The notes: a model not told the origin generated them from the sequence alone. A DNA stretch of 64,000 nucleotides from Nitrospirota bacterium (GCA_963840455.1 CAWIYV010000007.1:352001-416000), one strand, 5' to 3'; positions 40,308 through 51,072 are shown, counted from the stretch's first letter. Program-made: numbers and translations.

Positions 40308-41558
40308 ATGACATTCAGGACGTACCGATCAAAGCGCTGGCTGGTTCTATGGCTGCAGGCGGCTATCATGATCGCTCTTCCTTTCATCAAGGTCCGCGGT
40401 CAGAGCGCGCTTCGCTTCGACGTTGCCACGCTCAAGCTCTACTTCTTCGGGTCGGCCATCTGGATCAGCGAGGCCTATTTTTTCCTCCTGGTCTTCCTGA
40501 TGTTCGCCGTCGGGGTCATGCTGTTCACGGTGCTCTATGGTCGGATCTGGTGTGGTTGGGCCTGTCCCCAGACGACGCTCTCGGACCTCGCGCGAAAGAT
40601 CGAAATGATCACCTCGTGGATGAGCGGACACCCCGCTGTGCGCGGGTTGCTGTCCCACGGGCTGCTGTTGCTATTCTCGTGCTTGGTTGCTGTCACCCTT
40701 ATCGGATACTTCGTTTCTCCCTATGATCTTCTCAACGATGTCCTGTCCCGGTCGATCGGTCCCTGGACCTTCTGGTCCTGGATATTTTTTTCGTCCCTCA
40801 TTTACCTGAACCTGGCGTTCGTGCGCCAGCGGTTCTGCGCGACCGTCTGTCCCTATGCCCGGTTCCAGAGCGCCTTCTTTGATGACCATACGCTTACCAT
40901 CGCCTTTGATCCCTCGCGGGAAGATGAATGCATGGGGTGCGAAGCCTGTGTGAGGACCTGTCCAGCGGGGATCGACATCCGGGACGGTATACAGATAGCG
41001 TGCATCAACTGCGCCGAGTGCATCGATTCCTGCTCTCTCCAGCGGCAGCGGTACGGGAAGGATACGCTGGTCCGGTATGCCCGGGGAACGGCAAAGCAGG
41101 ACGAACAGCAAGGAACGCGGCCGCGCGTCCTGTGGTTGTCGCTGCTCTTCGCGGTCATGGGCGTCATGCTGGTGTACCAGATCGCGATCAGGGTGCCTGT
41201 TGATTTCTGGGTGCTCAGGGACGTTAAGCAGCCCTACCACCAGGTCGGTTTTCAAGGCAGCATACTGAATGCATACGATCTTATCATCGAGAACCGAAGC
41301 CTCTCTCCGGAGACCTACCAGCTGAGCGTATCTGGCATCAAGAACGCGGAACTGGTCCTGCGGGGAAACCCGTTCATGGTCCCGGCGAACAGTTCCGTGA
41401 CCATGCGGATCTATGTTTTCGCGGCGAGAAAAGATGTTATCGAACGGGTCACCCGTCTCAGCTTTACCCTGATGAACACATCCCGCCGGGAGATCAGAGC
41501 CGTACAGGAGGCCCCGTTCGTCTATCCCGAACGTTCGGACAAGGGAGTGGAGATCTGA
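40308..41558 (+). CDS. ccoG: cbb3 oxidase accessory 4Fe-4S protein
   Basis: GRIWCGWACPQ, FC..VCPY, two CxxCxxCxxxC motifs, C-terminal Ig domain. Confidence 0.92.
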   Translation: MTFRTYRSKRWLVLWLQAAIMIALPFIKVRGQSALRFDVATLKLYFFGSAIWISEAYFFLLVFLMFAVGVMLFTVLYGRIWCGWACPQTTLSDLARKIEMITSWMSGHPAVRGLLSHGLLLLFSCLVAVTLIGYFVSPYDLLNDVLSRSIGPWTFWSWIFFSSLIYLNLAFVRQRFCATVCPYARFQSAFFDDHTLTIAFDPSREDECMGCEACVRTCPAGIDIRDGIQIACINCAECIDSCSLQRQRYGKDTLVRYARGTAKQDEQQGTRPRVLWLSLLFAVMGVMLVYQIAIRVPVDFWVLRDVKQPYHQVGFQGSILNAYDLIIENRSLSPETYQLSVSGIKNAELVLRGNPFMVPANSSVTMRIYVFAARKDVIERVTRLSFTLMNTSRREIRAVQEAPFVYPERSDKGVEI

Positions 41559-41559
41559 T

Positions 41560-44019
41560 ATGGCGACGTCGGCCGATCATGCGGTCCCCTGTGACCATTG
41601 CCTCCTGCCGGTCGCGGAACGGGACGCGGTCTTCGACGACCGTCCTTCTGGCCGGAAGGTCTTCTGCTGCCATGCCTGCCGTGCCATCTACCGGATGATC
41701 CAGGACGAGGGTCTGGGAGAGTTCTACCAAAAACGCGAATGGCAAACGTCCGGCATACCGAAACCACTCCGCACATCCGGCGATACCGGTCCGATAATTC
41801 CTCATGAGGACGCTGCGGCCCTTGTGACCTTCATCAGGGGGGACGGCCTTGTCAAAGAGGTAGACCTCATGATCGACGGCATCCGGTGCGCATCCTGCAT
41901 CTGGTTGAACGAGAAGGTCCTTGAACGGACTCCGGGGATCGTCTCGGCCCGGGTGAACTTTGCCACCCACCGCGCGCTGGTCCGCTGGGACAGTTCCCAG
42001 ATCACCCTGGGACGGATCCTGTCGCGCATCATGTCCATCGGGTACCTGGCCAGGACCTATACACCGGCCGCGCAGGAGGCGTCGCTCAAACAACAGAACC
42101 GCGACCTGCTGCTCCGCTTCGGGACTGCATCGTTCTTCTCCATGCAGCTCATGCTCCTTTCCTTCGGGCTCTATGCGGGGTTCTTCCAGGGCATCGATCC
42201 GGTCACCAAACAATGGCTCGAATACGGCGCCCTGCTGGTCTGTACGCCGGTGCTGTTCTATTCCGGCTGGCCATTCTTGAAAAGCGCCCTTCGTGGGGTC
42301 CGGAACAGGACCCTGAACATGGACGTCTTGATCAGCCTGGGGGCGTTCTCGGCGTATATATTGAGCATCCGCCAGATGCTCAGGGGAGGAGAGGTCTATT
42401 TCGACACCGCGGCAATGATCGTCACTCTCGTGCTGCTCGGCAGGCTGCTCGAGAACTCGGCTAAGCACAAGGCCTCCGAGGCGGTCTCGCGCCTCCTGGC
42501 GCTCCAGCCGCAGGATGCGCGGTTGGTCCAGGGGACCAGCCGCGTTATCGTGCCTGCCGCGGAGGTCAGGAAAGGGGACCTGATCGAGATACTGCCCGGC
42601 GAGAAGGTCCCGCTGGACGGCATCGTGCGACAGGGGGCGTCCGAGGCCGATGAATCGCTCGTCACGGGCGAGTCGGGGCCTGTGGAAAAATCGATCGGCT
42701 CCGAAGTGATCGGCGGCTCATTGAACGGATTGGGGCTGCTGGTCATCGAAGTCACCCGTATCGGTCAGGATACGGTCATCGCCCAGATCGCCCGGCTCGT
42801 GGAGCAGGCCCAGGCAGCGACAGCGCCGGTCCAGAGGTTCGCAGATCGAGTATCGGCATATTTCATTCCTTTCGTTCTCGCAGCCTCCGGCCTCACCTTC
42901 TGGTATTGGTCCCAACAGGTCTCTGTTGACCAGTCCCTGCTCAATGCCGTATCGGTCCTGGTCATTGCCTGTCCATGCGCCCTTGGACTAGCCACGCCGG
43001 TGGCTGTCCTGGCAGGCACGGGTTCCGCTGCCCGGAAGGGCATCCTCATCAAAGGCGGGGACATCCTTGAACGCATGCATAAGGTTGATACGGTCGTCCT
43101 GGACAAGACCGGAACGATCACGACAGGGAAAATGAGCGTTGTTGACGTTATTGCCACTAAATCCGCAATCCGAAATCCGCAATCCGAAATTTTTCAGTGC
43201 GCCGCGTCGGCAGAGCAGGGGTCGGAACATCTTATGGGTTCCGCCATAGTACGACATGCCCGTGAACAGCATGTTCATCTCTTCCCGTTCGACGCATTCA
43301 GGGCGTTTCCCGGACAAGGGGTAGAGGCTTCGGTACGAGGGACACGCGTTCTCGTCGGAAAAAGAGTGTTCCTGGAGGCCAATGGCATCACGATAGGTCC
43401 AGCGACCGTGCAGGAGGCGGAACAACTTGAACAGACCGGCAAGACCGTTGTAGGGGTTGCGCGCGGAGAGGAATTCCTCGGGTTCCTTGCCTTGATGGAT
43501 GCTCCCAAAGAGGATGCAAAAGAGGCTGTCGGCCTGTTGAAAAGAATGAATATAGATGTTACGATGGTCACCGGAGACAATATTGGGACAGCAAAGGCCA
43601 TTGCAGACCAGACGGGAGTTACCTCGATCATCGCCGGAGTTCTACCCGAAGGGAAGTCGGAAGAGATCGCCAGACTGCGGGTCCAGGGAAGGGTGATCGC
43701 CATGGCAGGTGACGGGATCAATGATGCGCCCGCGCTCGTTGCTGCGGATATCGGTATCGCCATGGCATCGGGTTCAGATATCGCCATGGAATCAGCTGAC
43801 GTGGTGCTTATGCGGTCCGACCTGAAAAGCGTGGTACAGGCCATCGAGCTTTCTCGAACAACGTTCCGGATCATCAAACAAAACCTGTTCTGGGCGTTCT
43901 TTTATAATGGTGCGGCAATACCGATTGCCATGGCGGGAATGTTGAACCCGATCGTGGCCGCTGCTGCAATGGCAATAAGTTCCGTGACCGTGGTGTTGAA
44001 TTCGTTAAGAATCAGGTAA
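41560..44019 (+). CDS. ccoI: P1B-type Cu-translocating ATPase
   Basis: N-terminal CDHC/CCHAC, CASC, TGES, CPCALG, DKTGT, GDGINDAP, FFYN. Confidence 0.92.
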   Translation: MATSADHAVPCDHCLLPVAERDAVFDDRPSGRKVFCCHACRAIYRMIQDEGLGEFYQKREWQTSGIPKPLRTSGDTGPIIPHEDAAALVTFIRGDGLVKEVDLMIDGIRCASCIWLNEKVLERTPGIVSARVNFATHRALVRWDSSQITLGRILSRIMSIGYLARTYTPAAQEASLKQQNRDLLLRFGTASFFSMQLMLLSFGLYAGFFQGIDPVTKQWLEYGALLVCTPVLFYSGWPFLKSALRGVRNRTLNMDVLISLGAFSAYILSIRQMLRGGEVYFDTAAMIVTLVLLGRLLENSAKHKASEAVSRLLALQPQDARLVQGTSRVIVPAAEVRKGDLIEILPGEKVPLDGIVRQGASEADESLVTGESGPVEKSIGSEVIGGSLNGLGLLVIEVTRIGQDTVIAQIARLVEQAQAATAPVQRFADRVSAYFIPFVLAASGLTFWYWSQQVSVDQSLLNAVSVLVIACPCALGLATPVAVLAGTGSAARKGILIKGGDILERMHKVDTVVLDKTGTITTGKMSVVDVIATKSAIRNPQSEIFQCAASAEQGSEHLMGSAIVRHAREQHVHLFPFDAFRAFPGQGVEASVRGTRVLVGKRVFLEANGITIGPATVQEAEQLEQTGKTVVGVARGEEFLGFLALMDAPKEDAKEAVGLLKRMNIDVTMVTGDNIGTAKAIADQTGVTSIIAGVLPEGKSEEIARLRVQGRVIAMAGDGINDAPALVAADIGIAMASGSDIAMESADVVLMRSDLKSVVQAIELSRTTFRIIKQNLFWAFFYNGAAIPIAMAGMLNPIVAAAAMAISSVTVVLNSLRIR
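43160..43190 (+). repeat. Heptamer tandem repeat (AATCCGC AATCCGA)x2 inside ccoI
   Basis: Direct reading; encodes KSAIRNPQSEI. Confidence 0.75.
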
Positions 44020-44039
44020 TGTAAAGAAACAAGGAGCTC

Positions 44040-44113
44040 TGACAGGATTGACAGGATATTAAGAATAACTTTAAATTCATCAATTTATCCGATTTTATCC
44101 TGTAGTCCTGTCA
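44040..44113. repeat. REP-like inverted repeat element (ACAGGAT units) between ccoI and ccoS
   Basis: TGACAGGATTGACAGGAT ... ATCCTGTAGTCCTGTCA with an AT-rich spacer. Confidence 0.6.
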
Positions 44114-44127
44114 AGAAAGGTTGTCGT

Positions 44128-44271
44128 ATGCTCTGGACGATCGTCGCGCTCATCATTCTCATGTTCTTTGTCGGCCTCGCCGGTTGGTTCATCTTCCTCT
44201 GGGCGGTCAAGTCCGGCCAGTTCGACGATATAGAACGGCCCAAGCACCGTATGATGGATGATGATAGCTAA
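44128..44271 (+). CDS. ccoS: cbb3 oxidase maturation protein CcoS (missed by the ORF track)
   Basis: MLWTIVALII...FLWAVKSGQFDDIERP, 47 aa. Confidence 0.9.
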   Translation: MLWTIVALIILMFFVGLAGWFIFLWAVKSGQFDDIERPKHRMMDDDS

Positions 44272-44324
44272 ATGCAAATAACTTGGCGTATTCGTCAGTG
44301 TTTAGAATCGAATAATCAGTGTCT

Positions 44325-45008
44325 ATGTATATCGAAATCTTCCTCATCGGCCTATTCGGCAGCATGCACTGCATCGGCATGTGCGGCGGATTTGTTGCGA
44401 TGTATTCTCTCAAGAGCCCGTCCGCCCGACCGTCATTGCCTTACCATCTTCTGTACAATCTTGGAAGGATAACCACCTATTCCATCATCGGCGGAATACT
44501 GGGGTACATCGGTTCCTTTGCCGCATACATCGGCAGACACCGGGGTGTTCCCGGTGCTGTGCTGCTCGTCGCAGGCGTGTTCATGATCTTGATGGGTCTG
44601 AACATAGCCGGGATGCTCGGCAAGAGGGAACTTTTCGATGATACCGGGATAACCGAACGAACATTCTTCCGTGAGGCACTCCATACGATACTTGCCTTGG
44701 AATCGGCCTGGGGTACGCTCCTACTCGGACTGTTGCTGGGATTCCTGCCCTGCGGGCTTCTCTATCCGGTCTTGATGCAAGCGGCGGCAAGCAGCGGTTT
44801 CATCAGCGGCATGGTCATCATGCTTGTCTTCGGCGTCGGTACCGTGCCTGCGATGCTCTCGTTCGGCTTCCTGATATCCAGGATCCAGCCCCATAGGAAA
44901 CTCTTTCTGTACCGCATCGCTGCCGTCCTTATCATCATCCTCGGCCTGCAATCCCTGCTGCGCGGTATGGCCTTCAACGGCTGGATAGCCCACGGAAAAT
45001 ACTGGTAA
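44325..45008 (+). CDS. DsbD_2/TauE-like membrane protein of cco clusters
   Basis: SMHCIGMCGG, YNLGRITTY, GFLPCGL.Y, FG.GTVP. Confidence 0.85.
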   Translation: MYIEIFLIGLFGSMHCIGMCGGFVAMYSLKSPSARPSLPYHLLYNLGRITTYSIIGGILGYIGSFAAYIGRHRGVPGAVLLVAGVFMILMGLNIAGMLGKRELFDDTGITERTFFREALHTILALESAWGTLLLGLLLGFLPCGLLYPVLMQAAASSGFISGMVIMLVFGVGTVPAMLSFGFLISRIQPHRKLFLYRIAAVLIIILGLQSLLRGMAFNGWIAHGKYW

Positions 45009-45081
45009 ACCCTTCCTTTCCGTCCCGGAAAAAGCGCTTGACAATATACGGTCAACAAGGTAATGTATGCATTCTAATTAA

Positions 45082-45097
45082 TTAACCGTTCGGTTAA
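45082..45097. promoter_or_regulatory. Candidate TetR operator
   Basis: Perfect 7-2-7 palindrome TTAACCG-TT-CGGTTAA just before the tetR ATG; TTGACA-17-TAATGT at 45038-45066. Confidence 0.65.
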
Positions 45098-45103
45098 ATC
45101 AAT

Positions 45104-45799
45104 ATGAACACCATCAAACGAAAATCCTTGAAGACCGCGGTTGGCAGGCGGCCGAAGCCCACAAACCCCGATCAGGACTCACGTGCCGCCATCTTGAAAG
45201 CGGCCCGAACCGTGTTCGCTCGAAGGGGGTTCGAAGGCGCGTCGACCCGTGAAGTCGCCGATGTCGCGCGCGTGAACAATGCGATGATCTACTATCATTT
45301 CAAAGACAAGGTCGAGCTTTACCGGGCGGTCCTGGCCGATTCGTTCACCGCATTCGACCGCATCTGGGAACATGAGATGTTCAGTTCGCAGGCGACGACA
45401 CGGGAGAAGATCCAGAAATATATAGAAGAGTTCATACGGTTCCAGCACGGAAATGAGGAGCTGCGAAGGATCATGTCCATGGAGTTCGCCGGCTGTACGA
45501 AGAACACGAAATGGCTTGCTGACAATTATTTCGTCCATAGTTACGAAAAGTTGGTGACGCTCTTGAAGGAAGGGATGAAACGGGGCGAATTGAAGAAGAT
45601 CGATCCGGCTATGGCGATACCAAGCCTGGTCGGAATGATCATTCACAGCTTTATCATGAGGCCCATCGCCGAACAGGTCATCGGCAAGAAGTTGGACCTG
45701 ACCGCAGAACGGTTCGGGAAGTTCGTCACCGGCATGTTCTTCGAGGGGCTCTGTTGCGATGAGGGAACGATACCATTCCGGCAGGGGGCATCTTCATGA
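45104..45799 (+). CDS. TetR/AcrR family regulator
   Basis: ILKAA..VFA..GF...STREVA..A.VN.AMIYYHF..K. Confidence 0.92.
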   Translation: MNTIKRKSLKTAVGRRPKPTNPDQDSRAAILKAARTVFARRGFEGASTREVADVARVNNAMIYYHFKDKVELYRAVLADSFTAFDRIWEHEMFSSQATTREKIQKYIEEFIRFQHGNEELRRIMSMEFAGCTKNTKWLADNYFVHSYEKLVTLLKEGMKRGELKKIDPAMAIPSLVGMIIHSFIMRPIAEQVIGKKLDLTAERFGKFVTGMFFEGLCCDEGTIPFRQGASS

Positions 45800-47094
45800 A
45801 ATTACATGCACTATCCCTGGTCCTGCTGCTTGCGTTGGCCGTTCCACCGGCTGCGAGAGCTGCTCAGAGCATCACGCTGCAGGATGCCTATGACGCCGCC
45901 CTCACGTCTCATGAAACGGTGAAGATCTACCAGGAGAACACGGTCCAGGCGGACAGCAAGGTCGACCAGGCATGGACCTACATCTACCCCAAGGTGACGG
46001 GGCAAGGCTCCTACCTGCGTTATAACGAGACACTTCCCCCGAACGGAGGGGCTCTCATCTTTCAACCGCTCGGGCAGCTCCAGGCGGCAGTGGTATTGAC
46101 CCAGCCGTTGTATACCGGCGGCAGGGCGCTGGCTGCCCTCCGGGCCGCCAAGACGATGCAGAAATCCAGCAGGGACGATCTTTCGTCGACGAAGCAGAGC
46201 CTCCTGCTGAGCGTATCCGAGGCCTATTATGCCGTTCTCCGCTCGCAACGGGTCGTTGAGGTGAGCAGGGGAGCGCTTGAGCGTATGGAACGCCACAAGA
46301 AAGTCACGGAGCGGGAAGCTGCGACGCGACGGACCAAGGCCAATGTTTCGGCGCTGCTGCGGGCCAATACGCTGGTGGACCAGGCGCGGATCTTCCTCGT
46401 AACGGCGGAGAGCAACCTGAAAACGGCCAGGCAGAGGCTCAACCTGCTGACGCAACTGCCAGAGGACGCGGCCGTCGCCGATCCCGCTGCCCTGCAGGCT
46501 CCTCCGGAACCCGTGCAGAAGCTCCAGGAACAGGCCCTGAAGGACCGGGATGACTATGTAAGCTCCCAGCTGGGTCAGAATGTTGCGAAGGAGAATGTCG
46601 CCATTACGAGGGGGGCCCATTATCCTCAGATCTATGCAGAAGGCGGGATACGGTATATGGACTCGAATCCCGCGACCCTGATGGATGCCACGACCTATTA
46701 CGGGGGCGTCGTCTTGCAGGTCCCTATCTTCGAAGGCGGGCTGATGAAGGCCGAGGTCGCTGAGGCGCGTTCCAAGCAGCGCCAGTCCGAGTTGTCCACG
46801 GAGCTCCTGAAGCGGACCATTCAGAACGAGGTCGCCGAGGCATATCTCAACTATCAGACGCTCAGTACCGTGCTCGAAACGACAAAAACCCAGTTCGAAT
46901 CTGCGCGCAAGAACTTTGATACGGTCGAAAGCCTTTTTTCCGAGGGACTGCTCCCAAGCCTTTCGGTCATTGACGCGCAGCAGGCGTTGTTCCTCGCCGA
47001 ACGGGAGCTGGTGGCAGCCTCCATCGAACAGCAGCTGGCGATCCTGAGGCTCCAGAGGTCCATCGGCGTGCTCGGAAAACAGACGAGATCATAG
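45796..47094 (+). CDS. TolC family outer membrane efflux protein
   Basis: Signal peptide, two OEP repeats (QPLYTGG, VPIFEGG). Confidence 0.88.
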   Translation: MKLHALSLVLLLALAVPPAARAAQSITLQDAYDAALTSHETVKIYQENTVQADSKVDQAWTYIYPKVTGQGSYLRYNETLPPNGGALIFQPLGQLQAAVVLTQPLYTGGRALAALRAAKTMQKSSRDDLSSTKQSLLLSVSEAYYAVLRSQRVVEVSRGALERMERHKKVTEREAATRRTKANVSALLRANTLVDQARIFLVTAESNLKTARQRLNLLTQLPEDAAVADPAALQAPPEPVQKLQEQALKDRDDYVSSQLGQNVAKENVAITRGAHYPQIYAEGGIRYMDSNPATLMDATTYYGGVVLQVPIFEGGLMKAEVAEARSKQRQSELSTELLKRTIQNEVAEAYLNYQTLSTVLETTKTQFESARKNFDTVESLFSEGLLPSLSVIDAQQALFLAERELVAASIEQQLAILRLQRSIGVLGKQTRS

Positions 47095-47107
47095 GACAAG
47101 GATACCC

Positions 47108-50100
47108 ATGAAACTTCCTGAGATATCGATCAAGCGTCCCGTATTCATGACCATGGTAGGCCTTGCGCTCATCGTGTTCGGCCTGGTGGCGTTCCCGAAG
47201 CTTGCCCTTGATCTCTTTCCGAAGATCGACTTCCCAGTGGTGAACATTACGACGAAGCTGGTCGGCGCGAGCCCCGAGATCATGGAAGTCGACGTTACGG
47301 ACATCGTCGAAGAGGCCGTGAACACGATCAACGGCGTCAAGTCCATCACGTCCCGGAGCATGGAGGAATATTCCATCGTCACCGTGGAGTTCTTCCTCGA
47401 GCGCAATCTCGAACAGTCCGCCCAGGATGTGCGGGACAAAGTGGCCGCTGTTCGCAACCGCCTCCCGAAGGACACGGAGCCGCCGGTGATCGAAAAGATC
47501 AGCCCCGAGGACCAGCCCATCGTCTGGATCGCGGTCTGGGGCGACCGGTCCGTCAAGGACCTGACGCATTATGCCGACAAGGTATTGAAGCGCGACATCG
47601 AGAAGATCCCCGGTGTGGGATCGGTTACGATCAGCGGCGGCCGGACCCGTCAGATACGCTTCTGGCTGGACCGGAAAAAGCTGGAGTCTGTGTCGCTCAC
47701 GGCGGACGATGTGAAACAAGCGCTTGGTCTGGAGCACCGCGAGGTCCCGGGAGGCCGGATCGAGAACCACCGCATTGAGTACATTGTCAAGACCAAGGGC
47801 GAATATGAGACTCCCGCGTCGTTCAACGATATGGTGATCACCTACCGGCACGGCAGGCTCATCAGGCTTCGGGATATCGGGAGGGCGGAGGACGGACTGG
47901 AGGACGAGCGTTCAATCACGCGGTTCAATGGCAAGACGAGCGTCGGCCTTTCGGTCAAGCGCCAATCAGGCGAGAATACCGTCGCGGTCGCGGAGCGGGT
48001 CAAGGCAGCCGTTGCCGCCACCCGTCCGCCGCAGGGCATGAAACTGGACATCACCTTTGACCAGTCGAAGTTCATCCGCCGTTCCATCGAGGATGTCCAG
48101 ATATCGCTCTGGCTCGGCGCAGGCCTCGCCGTTCTCATTATCTTCGTCTTTCTCAGGAGCGTCCGGAGCACGTTGATCAGCGCCGTGGCGCTACCCACGT
48201 CGGTGATTGCGACCTTTGCCTTCATCCAGGTCTTCGGATTCACCCTGAACATCATGACCATGCTCGGTCTGTCGCTCTCCATCGGCATCCTGATCGACGA
48301 CTCTATCGTGGTGCTCGAGAACATCTACCGCAGGATGGAGGAAGGGGAGCCGCCGATGCAGGCATCGCAGGAAGGAGCCTCAGAGATCGGCCTGGCGGTC
48401 ATGGCCACTACCCTGTCCATCGTGGCCGTGTTTGTGCCCGTGGCGTTCATGAAGGGCATTGTGGGCAAGTTCTTTTTCGAGTTCGGCATCACGGTCACGG
48501 TTGCGGTCCTGATCTCCCTGTTCGTATCCCTGACGCTCACGCCCATGCTGACCTCCCGGTTCCTGAGCTACACCAAGAAGCATGGCAAGGTCTATCTGTT
48601 CATCGAGAAAGGCTTCGACGCGGTGTTCGGTGTCTATCGCCCGCTTCTTGGATGGGCGCTCCGGAACCGTTGGAAGGTCATTCTGATGGCGCTGGCCAGC
48701 GTTGTCGCAGGCATTGCCCTCTTCATGGTCCTGGGCAAGGAATTCCTGCCGGCCGAGGACCAGGGACGGTACATGGTAAGGTTGGAGACGCCCATAGACT
48801 ATTCGCTGTCGCGCGCCGACAGCGCCATGCGGAAGATAGACGAGCAGCTCCGTCTGCGGCCGGAGGTGCTGAGCACCTTCTATGTCACCGGTTCCGACCT
48901 CACTCCCGATATCAACAAGAGCCGGATCTACGTGAACATGAAGGAGCGGAAGGACCGGAGCATCATACAGATCGACTCGATGAAGCAGGTACGCGATTCT
49001 CTTGCAAGCCTGCCGGACATCAAGCCGTCGGTGGAAATGATCGCCATGGTAGGGGGCGGCATGCGGTCGGTCCCGATCCAGCTCATGATCCAGGGAAGGG
49101 ACATCGAGGACCTGAACAAACGGACGCTCGCCATTAGGGACGAGTTCGCGAAACTGCCCGGCATCGTGGACGTGGACACGTCCATCGAGACCGGCAAGCC
49201 CGAGGTGCGGGTCCATATCGATCGCGAGAAAGCGGCGAATTTCGGGGTGAGCGCCGCGTCCATCGGGAACACGGTCAATACCATGATCGGCGGAGAGATC
49301 GTGGGCAAGTATAAGGACGAAAAGGAAGGCGAGCGCTACGACATCGTGGCGCGCCTGACAGCCCCGGAAAGGGACCAACCCTCTGCCCTGGATATGCTCT
49401 GGGTCCGCTCATCAACAGGCGAACTGGTGCGCATGAAGGATGTTACCAGCATCGAGACCGGAAAGGGCCCCACCATCATCATGCACTATAACCGGCAGCG
49501 GGCCGCCACACTGTTCGCGGGAACGGAAAAGACCAAGCCCATGGCCGGGGCCATGACCGATCTTGACAAGATCGTCAAGAAGAACATAAGCCCTGATATT
49601 TCCACCCGGTACGTTGGCATGGCCGACGCCATGCTGGACGCCTTCAAGAACATCGCCTTTGCCCTGGTTATCGCGATCATCATGGTCTACATGATCCTGG
49701 CGTCCCAGTTCGAGAGCTTCGTGCATCCCTTTACGATCATGTTCTCGCTGCCCGTGAGCCTCATCGGCGCCATGGGGCTCCTTATGGTCACGGGAGAGCG
49801 GATCAGCATATACAGCCTTATCGGCATCATCATGCTCATGGGCCTGGTGACCAAGAACGCCATTCTTCTGGTCGACTATACCATTACGCTCCGGAGCAGG
49901 GGAATGGGGCGGGATGATGCGCTTCTGAAAGCCGGTCCAGTCCGGCTCCGGCCGATCATCATGACCACAGCAGCCATGGTATTCGGCATGCTGCCGACAG
50001 CCCTCAAGATCGGGGAAGGAGCTGAGTCCCGGGCACCCATGGCCATTGCCGTCATCGGCGGCCTGATAACCTCAACACTGCTCACCTTGGTGGTCGTACC

Positions 50101-50164
50101 GGTTGTCTACACCCTCATCGATGACCTTGAGAATAAGTTTAGAAAGAAAAGCTTAACTAATTGA
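47108..50164 (+). CDS. RND efflux permease (AcrB/HAE1 family)
   Basis: [34 protein letters not shown]. Confidence 0.93.
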   Translation: MKLPEISIKRPVFMTMVGLALIVFGLVAFPKLALDLFPKIDFPVVNITTKLVGASPEIMEVDVTDIVEEAVNTINGVKSITSRSMEEYSIVTVEFFLERNLEQSAQDVRDKVAAVRNRLPKDTEPPVIEKISPEDQPIVWIAVWGDRSVKDLTHYADKVLKRDIEKIPGVGSVTISGGRTRQIRFWLDRKKLESVSLTADDVKQALGLEHREVPGGRIENHRIEYIVKTKGEYETPASFNDMVITYRHGRLIRLRDIGRAEDGLEDERSITRFNGKTSVGLSVKRQSGENTVAVAERVKAAVAATRPPQGMKLDITFDQSKFIRRSIEDVQISLWLGAGLAVLIIFVFLRSVRSTLISAVALPTSVIATFAFIQVFGFTLNIMTMLGLSLSIGILIDDSIVVLENIYRRMEEGEPPMQASQEGASEIGLAVMATTLSIVAVFVPVAFMKGIVGKFFFEFGITVTVAVLISLFVSLTLTPMLTSRFLSYTKKHGKVYLFIEKGFDAVFGVYRPLLGWALRNRWKVILMALASVVAGIALFMVLGKEFLPAEDQGRYMVRLETPIDYSLSRADSAMRKIDEQLRLRPEVLSTFYVTGSDLTPDINKSRIYVNMKERKDRSIIQIDSMKQVRDSLASLPDIKPSVEMIAMVGGGMRSVPIQLMIQGRDIEDLNKRTLAIRDEFAKLPGIVDVDTSIETGKPEVRVHIDREKAANFGVSAASIGNTVNTMIGGEIVGKYKDEKEGERYDIVARLTAPERDQPSALDMLWVRSSTGELVRMKDVTSIETGKGPTIIMHYNRQRAATLFAGTEKTKPMAGAMTDLDKIVKKNISPDISTRYVGMADAMLDAFKNIAFALVIAIIMVYMILASQFESFVHPFTIMFSLPVSLIGAMGLLMVTGERISIYSLIGIIMLMGLVTKNAILLVDYTITLRSRGMGRDDALLKAGPVRLRPIIMTTAAMVFGMLPTALKIGEGAESRAPMAIAVIGGLITSTLLTLVVVPVVYTLIDDLENKFRKKSLTN

Positions 50165-50250
50165 AAGTATATGATATAATCATGCATTCGACAACCTCCA
50201 GTGTTACATGATGATATTGGCTTTTGTTTCTATATGGTGGGTAGATACTA

Positions 50251-51072
50251 ATGTTAAAACTCGGCCACATAATCTATTCGAACTGCTTCCCCGTCCATGC
50301 CGGGATCCTGACCGGGAAGGTCGCCTGCCCTTTTCCGATCGTGGAAGGCATACCGACCGAACTGAACCGGGCCCTCGTCGAGGGCAAGATCGATGTTTCG
50401 CCATCGTCGTCGATCGAGTACGCCACTTACCCGGGCAAGTACCGCATCCTGTCCGGCTTGTCGATCACTTCCCGAAACAAGGTCATGAGCATCCTGCTCG
50501 AGAGCCGGCTACCCCTGGACGAGTTGAACAATAAGACCGTTGCCCTGACCACGGCATCGGCCACCTCGGTCGTCCTGCTCAGGGTGATCCTCGAGCTCTT
50601 TACCGGAGTGAACCCCGACTTCATGCTGTACGAGCAGGGAGTAGAGGATCCTTACGACCGGGCGGACGCGGTCCTGACCATCGGCGACCTCGCCCTTAAG
50701 CGTTCCGTCAGGCCCCGTTTCCCTCATGCCTATGACCTCGGCGAGCTCTGGTACCAGCAGACCGGTCTGCCCTTCGTGTTCGCGCTGTGGCAGGTGAACT
50801 ACCGGAAAGCGATCGAGCAGGACCTGGCACGGCTTGCCGATATTCTCACGGAGTCAAAACAGTACGGTATGTCCAGCCTGCGCGAGCTGGCGAACGGGCA
50901 CGCTGCGGGCTTCGGGATCTCAGCGGATATGCTTTTTCAGTACTGGAACTGCTTCAGCTACGACTTCGGTCCCGAAGAGCAGAAGGGGCTCCTGACCTAC
51001 TACGGGTACGCAGCGGAACTGGGGGCCATCGATGCCGTGCCGGAGCTCCGGATATGGAGGAAGGGAGCATGA
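50251..51072 (+). CDS. mqnA: Chorismate dehydratase (futalosine menaquinone pathway)
   Basis: I.YSNC.P, P.ELN, SATS, IGD.AL, DLGE.W...TGLPFVFA.W. Confidence 0.85.
   Translation: MLKLGHIIYSNCFPVHAGILTGKVACPFPIVEGIPTELNRALVEGKIDVSPSSSIEYATYPGKYRILSGLSITSRNKVMSILLESRLPLDELNNKTVALTTASATSVVLLRVILELFTGVNPDFMLYEQGVEDPYDRADAVLTIGDLALKRSVRPRFPHAYDLGELWYQQTGLPFVFALWQVNYRKAIEQDLARLADILTESKQYGMSSLRELANGHAAGFGISADMLFQYWNCFSYDFGPEEQKGLLTYYGYAAELGAIDAVPELRIWRKGA

Noticed and set aside
45038-45055. FNR/CRP-type site TTGAC-N8-GTCAA
   Set aside because: The spacing does not fit TTGAT-N4-ATCAA, and the left half is simply the -35 box.
50787-51068. N-terminal extensions in the ORF track (also at 574, 8654, 24095, 39287 and 60677)
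   Set aside because: They overlap upstream genes. Downstream ATGs with an RBS or stop-start coupling give family-typical N-termini.
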